From: an uncultured Acidobacteriota bacterium
GTDB taxonomy: Bacteria > Acidobacteriota > Thermoanaerobaculia > UBA5066 > Gp7-AA6
DNA: 64,000 nucleotides
Direction of reading: 5' to 3'
Assembly (NCBI GenBank): GCA_963764715.1
Contig: CAVXTP010000023.1
Span: 1 to 64,000, forward strand
This document shows positions 60,459-64,000 of this stretch, one piece after another. The notes beneath the pieces were generated by a model. That model worked only from the letters and a program-made list of their open reading frames with translations, ran no database searches and was not told the DNA's origin. A program made the translations under genes and the position numbers. How positions within the stretch are numbered: the stretch's first letter is position 1; each line of letters begins with the position of its first letter.

Positions 60459-61700
60459 ATGCGTCTGCACCGGAGTTTCATCCCCGCCATGGCGATCGTG
60501 TCGGCTCTTTCGGTCCCGGCCGTCGGCCAGGTGCTCGAAATGGGCAATACCGTGGTCAGTCCGAACGCCGACGACTCCGCGATCGCGGACGTTCGCACGG
60601 ACATCGATCTCGTGCGGCCCGCGACGGCGACCGGCTCGATCGACTCGGCCACGTTCGACTGGTCGAACACGGCCTGCTCGTCCGCCGTGAAGATCAAGGT
60701 GTTCCGCCGCCACGGCGACGATCTCGCCTTCGTGGCCGAGCGCGGGCCCTTCGACGTCAGCGCGAGCCCCATGACGGTGAGCCTCACGCCGCCGATTCCT
60801 GTCCAGCAGGGGGATCTCCTCGGCATCGCGCGGGTCGCCAACTGCGGCAATGCCGAGACGCTGACCGGGATCGTCTCCGCCGGATATGCGGGTTACGCCG
60901 GCGACGTGATCACGACGGTCTCGCTCTCGGGCGCCGACGTCCACGGCGGCGGGATCCTCGGCGTCCGGGCGACCGGAACCGCCACCGAGTCGATTGCGCG
61001 GGTGATCCCGGCGGCCGGCTCGACGCCCGGCAATTTCGGCTCGTTCTTCCGCACCGGCGTGCAGCTCTCGAACCCCTGGACGGAAACGGTGACCGGACGG
61101 TTCGTCTATCACCCCGCGGGCGTGGCCGGCTCCTCGGCGGATCCGAGCCTCGGCTTCACCGTCGCGCCGGGCGCGACCGTGTCCTACGACGATCTCGTCC
61201 AGACGATGGGGCAGGGCGGGCTCGGGACGCTCGACGTCGTGGTGCCCTCCGACTCCAACCTCCCGGTGATCGTGGCCCGCGTTTACAACGACGGCGGGGG
61301 ATCCGGCACGTCGGGATTCACGGAGGAAGCGATCGACCCGAGCGGTTCCCAGGACAGCCGCGTCCTCTTCGCGGGCTCCACGTCCCTGCTCGTCGCCCCG
61401 CCGAACAACACGTCCCTGCGGTTCAACATCGGCGTCCGAACGCTGCTTTCGGGAGCCTTCGTGACGTTCCGGGTCCGCGACGCGAACGGCGCCGTCATCA
61501 GCAACGTCACCCGGGAGTACGACCCCACGTTCTACGAGCAGCAGTCGGCCACGACGCTCCTCGGCGCGCCGCTCGGCGCCAACTCCTCGATCGAGGTCAG
61601 CGTTTCGAGCGGAAGCGCGATCGTCTACGGGGCGACCGTCGACAACGACACCAACGATCCGAGCATCCAGTTCGCGCGGGTGATCTTCGCGATCCTGTAG
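60459..61700 (+). CDS. Secreted beta-rich hypothetical protein
   Basis: GGAGG RBS and signal peptide; C-terminal domain RVIPAAGSTPGNFGSFFRTGVQLSNP...YGATVDNDTNDPS. Confidence 0.8.
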   Translation: MRLHRSFIPAMAIVSALSVPAVGQVLEMGNTVVSPNADDSAIADVRTDIDLVRPATATGSIDSATFDWSNTACSSAVKIKVFRRHGDDLAFVAERGPFDVSASPMTVSLTPPIPVQQGDLLGIARVANCGNAETLTGIVSAGYAGYAGDVITTVSLSGADVHGGGILGVRATGTATESIARVIPAAGSTPGNFGSFFRTGVQLSNPWTETVTGRFVYHPAGVAGSSADPSLGFTVAPGATVSYDDLVQTMGQGGLGTLDVVVPSDSNLPVIVARVYNDGGGSGTSGFTEEAIDPSGSQDSRVLFAGSTSLLVAPPNNTSLRFNIGVRTLLSGAFVTFRVRDANGAVISNVTREYDPTFYEQQSATTLLGAPLGANSSIEVSVSSGSAIVYGATVDNDTNDPSIQFARVIFAIL

Positions 61701-61873
61701 TTCTCGTCCGGCGCCCGCGGGGCCCGCGAGGGTTCCGCGGGCCCTGTTCCGCTCGGCCTTCGTGCGGTTCGTCGACCTCCAAAAAGTGGCGCTCCGCGCC
61801 CATTCCCCGACTCCTTTTTGACCGGCGACGCCGAAGAACCTCGAATTTCCTCGAAAACAGCGCGATCGCGGGC

Positions 61874-61891
61874 CTGGTCTGGCCGTTGCAA
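61874..61891 (+). promoter_or_regulatory. Putative sigma54 (-24/-12) promoter
   Basis: CTGGTCTGGCCGTTGCAA has GG-N10-GC spacing with TTGCA, about 115 nt upstream of the collagen-like gene. Confidence 0.5.
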
Positions 61892-62004
61892 CTCCACACG
61901 CCGTCCCAGGACTCGGACTCGGGTTGGGCCGATGTGTGCTCGCTCACGGACGCTGGCCGCGCCGGGGCGGGGAACGAAAACAGGAACGGTCAGAAGGAGT
62001 TTCG

Positions 62005-63944
62005 ATGAACGGAAGTTTTCGACGGGCCCTCGAAGCGGGAGCCCTGATTTTCGCCATGGCCGTGCCGGGCGCGATGCTCGCGCAGGCGAACGATGAGACT
62101 CTGAAGAACTGGTCGGCCCCGGCGTACTGGCATCCGGGTGAGGCGGCCGCGGCTCACGGCGGCGTCGCCGCGAAGGCGCAGGCGGTCGGCACGGTCGACA
62201 GCTCGCCGCTGCCGTTCATCGCCCTGAGCCCGTGCCGGCTCGCGGACACGCGCGTCGAGAACGGGTTCCCGCCGCCGTACGGCCCGCCCTCGATGTCGCC
62301 GGGCGTGACCCGCGACTTCGTCGTCGCCGGCCAGTGCGGCGTGCCGGTCACCGCGACGGCGGTTTCGTTCAACTTCACCGTCGTGCGGACGCTCGGGCTC
62401 GGATATCTCGCGACGTATCCCGGGGGCGAGACGTGGCCAGGGAACTCGACCCTCAACTACGTCGCGGGGCAGATCGTCGCGAACAACGCGGTGGTCGCGC
62501 TCGGGGCCTCGGGCGAGGTGACCGCTTTCGTCGCGGGCGCCCAGGCCGACCTCATCATCGACATCAACGGCTACTACGGCGGCACGCTCGTGACCTCGAT
62601 CAACGGGCTCGACGGCGACGTGACGCTCGCGGCCGGGACCAACGTGACCATCACGCCGTCGGGCAACACGCTGACGGTGGAGGCGTCGCCGATTCCCGGA
62701 CCTCCGGGACCGCAGGGGCCGGCGGGTCCGGATGGTCCGTCGGGTCCGGCCGGATCGCAGGGACCGCAGGGACCGACGGGAGCCACGGGCGCGACGGGCG
62801 CGACGGGAGCTCAGGGTCCGATCGGTCCGGTTGGTCCGCAGGGTCCGACGGGCGCGGATGGCCCGCAAGGCGCGATCGGTCCGCAGGGCGCGTCGATGAG
62901 CTACCAGGGCGCGTGGGACGGCGGAACGACGTACCAGACGCTTCAGACGGTTTCGTTCGGCGGCTCGAGCTACGTGTCGCTCGTTGACTCGAACACGGGC
63001 AACTCGCCCGACTCGAGTCCGGCGGAGTGGGCGCTGCTGGCGCAGAAGGGCGCCGACGGCGCCGCGGGCGCCGAGGGACCGCAGGGTCCGATCGGTCCCG
63101 ACGGTCCGCAGGGTGCCACGGGTGCGACGGGTGCCACGGGCGCGACGGGAGCGCAGGGCCGATCGGTCCGATTGGCCCGCAGGGTCCGACGGGCGCGGAT
63201 GGTCCGCAGGGCGCGGTTGGTCCGCAGGGCGCGTCGATGAGCTTCCAGGGCGCGTGGGACGGCGGAACGACGTACCAGACGCTTCAGACGGTTTCGTTCG
63301 GCGGCTCGAGCTACGTGTCGCTGGTCGACTCGAACACGGGTAACTCGCCCGACTCGAGTCCGGCGGAGTGGGCCCTGATCGCGCAGAAGGGCGCCGACGG
63401 CGCCGCGGGCGCCGAAGGGCCGCAGGGTCCGATCGGACCCGACGGCCCGCAGGGTACGACGGGCGCGACGGGCGCGCAGGGTCCGATCGGTCCGCAAGGC
63501 CCCATCGGTCCGCAGGGACCGCAGGGTGATCCGGGCCCGGCGGGCTCCGGCGCCGCCGTCTACGCGACCCGTCACGACTTCGACCTCAACAACGGCGCGG
63601 GGACCCGCTTCTTCAGCCCGGTGCACGTCGACGACGGCGCGGTCGAGACGTTCGACGTCCTCGGCGTCATTCCCACGGCGTGCACGATGAGCACGCTCGT
63701 CGTGCGGGTCAGCAGCACCTTCGACGCCGGCGTGACCGGCACGTTCACGCTGCGCAAGGGCTCGTCGCTCGCGACGATGGCGGACACCGCGCTCACCTGC
63801 AGCGTGACCAGCGCCCTGCCCACGTGCACGGGCACGGGCTCGGTTTCCCTGAACGCGACCGATCTCTTCGGCCTGCGCTTCAACTACACGGCCGGCTCCA
63901 CGGGCTCGAGCGACATCTTCCTGATCTCGCTGGCCTGCCAGTAG
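62005..63944 (+). CDS. Secreted collagen-like (G-X-Y) fibre protein with duplicated CBM5/12-like modules; apparent -1 frameshift at ~63159
   Basis: AAGGAG RBS, signal peptide, PCRLADTR domain, GPQ/GAT triplets and two WDGGTTYQ...EWAL modules. One repeat copy lacks a T (CAGGGCCG vs CAGGGTCCG), joining ORFs 61924..63240 and 63027..63944. Confidence 0.85.
62760..63495 (+). repeat. Tandem duplication of a ~342-bp (114 aa) collagen+CBM-like unit
   Basis: TACGTGTCGCT occurs at 62971 and 63312 (offset 341 with the missing base); near-identical copies with few substitutions; partial third collagen stretch. Confidence 0.85.
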
Positions 63945-63965
63945 GCGAAATCGCGTAATTCGAGG

Positions 63966-63995
63966 AACCGCCGCCCACCCGGGCGGCGGTTTTTT
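63966..63995 (+). terminator. Rho-independent terminator
   Basis: AACCGCCGCCC-ACCC-GGGCGGCGGTT followed by a T-tract, 21 nt after the stop. Confidence 0.88.
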
Positions 63996-64000
63996 CTTGG

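Overview
High-GC chromosomal window. Gene content (an expanded Ser/Thr kinase-beta-propeller family, a VPS10/BNR hydrolase, PCRLADTR-domain and IPAAGSTPG-domain secreted proteins) suggests Acidobacteriota, probably Thermoanaerobaculia-like; this assignment is inference. From left to right: a Pro/Thr-rich secreted protein and a membrane Ser/Thr kinase; back-to-back TetR-controlled ABC (DevBCA/MacAB-like) and RND efflux operons; a GT39-like glycosyltransferase; a MerR (Rv1830/McdR-like)-headed c-di-GMP operon (DGC-PilZ, HK, RR, EAL); vapBC; an 18-kb co-directional array of six Hanks kinase/PD40-propeller genes with a serine hydrolase and an APC permease inserted; a peptidase/hydrolase cluster (M24 x2, M48, S9A, M16, MBL, amidohydrolase, BNR); tRNA-Arg(UCU); ChrB-like/MFS and MMPL genes; and a collagen-like surface fibre. 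I found no CRISPR array, integrase, transposase or phage gene. The best novelty candidate is the kinase-receptor array. It shows near-identical kinase domains on discordant sensor domains, a 92-bp identical tract, and two orphan MSLSAG kinase-start stubs, each followed by an inserted segment. Several single-base frameshifts look like assembly errors.
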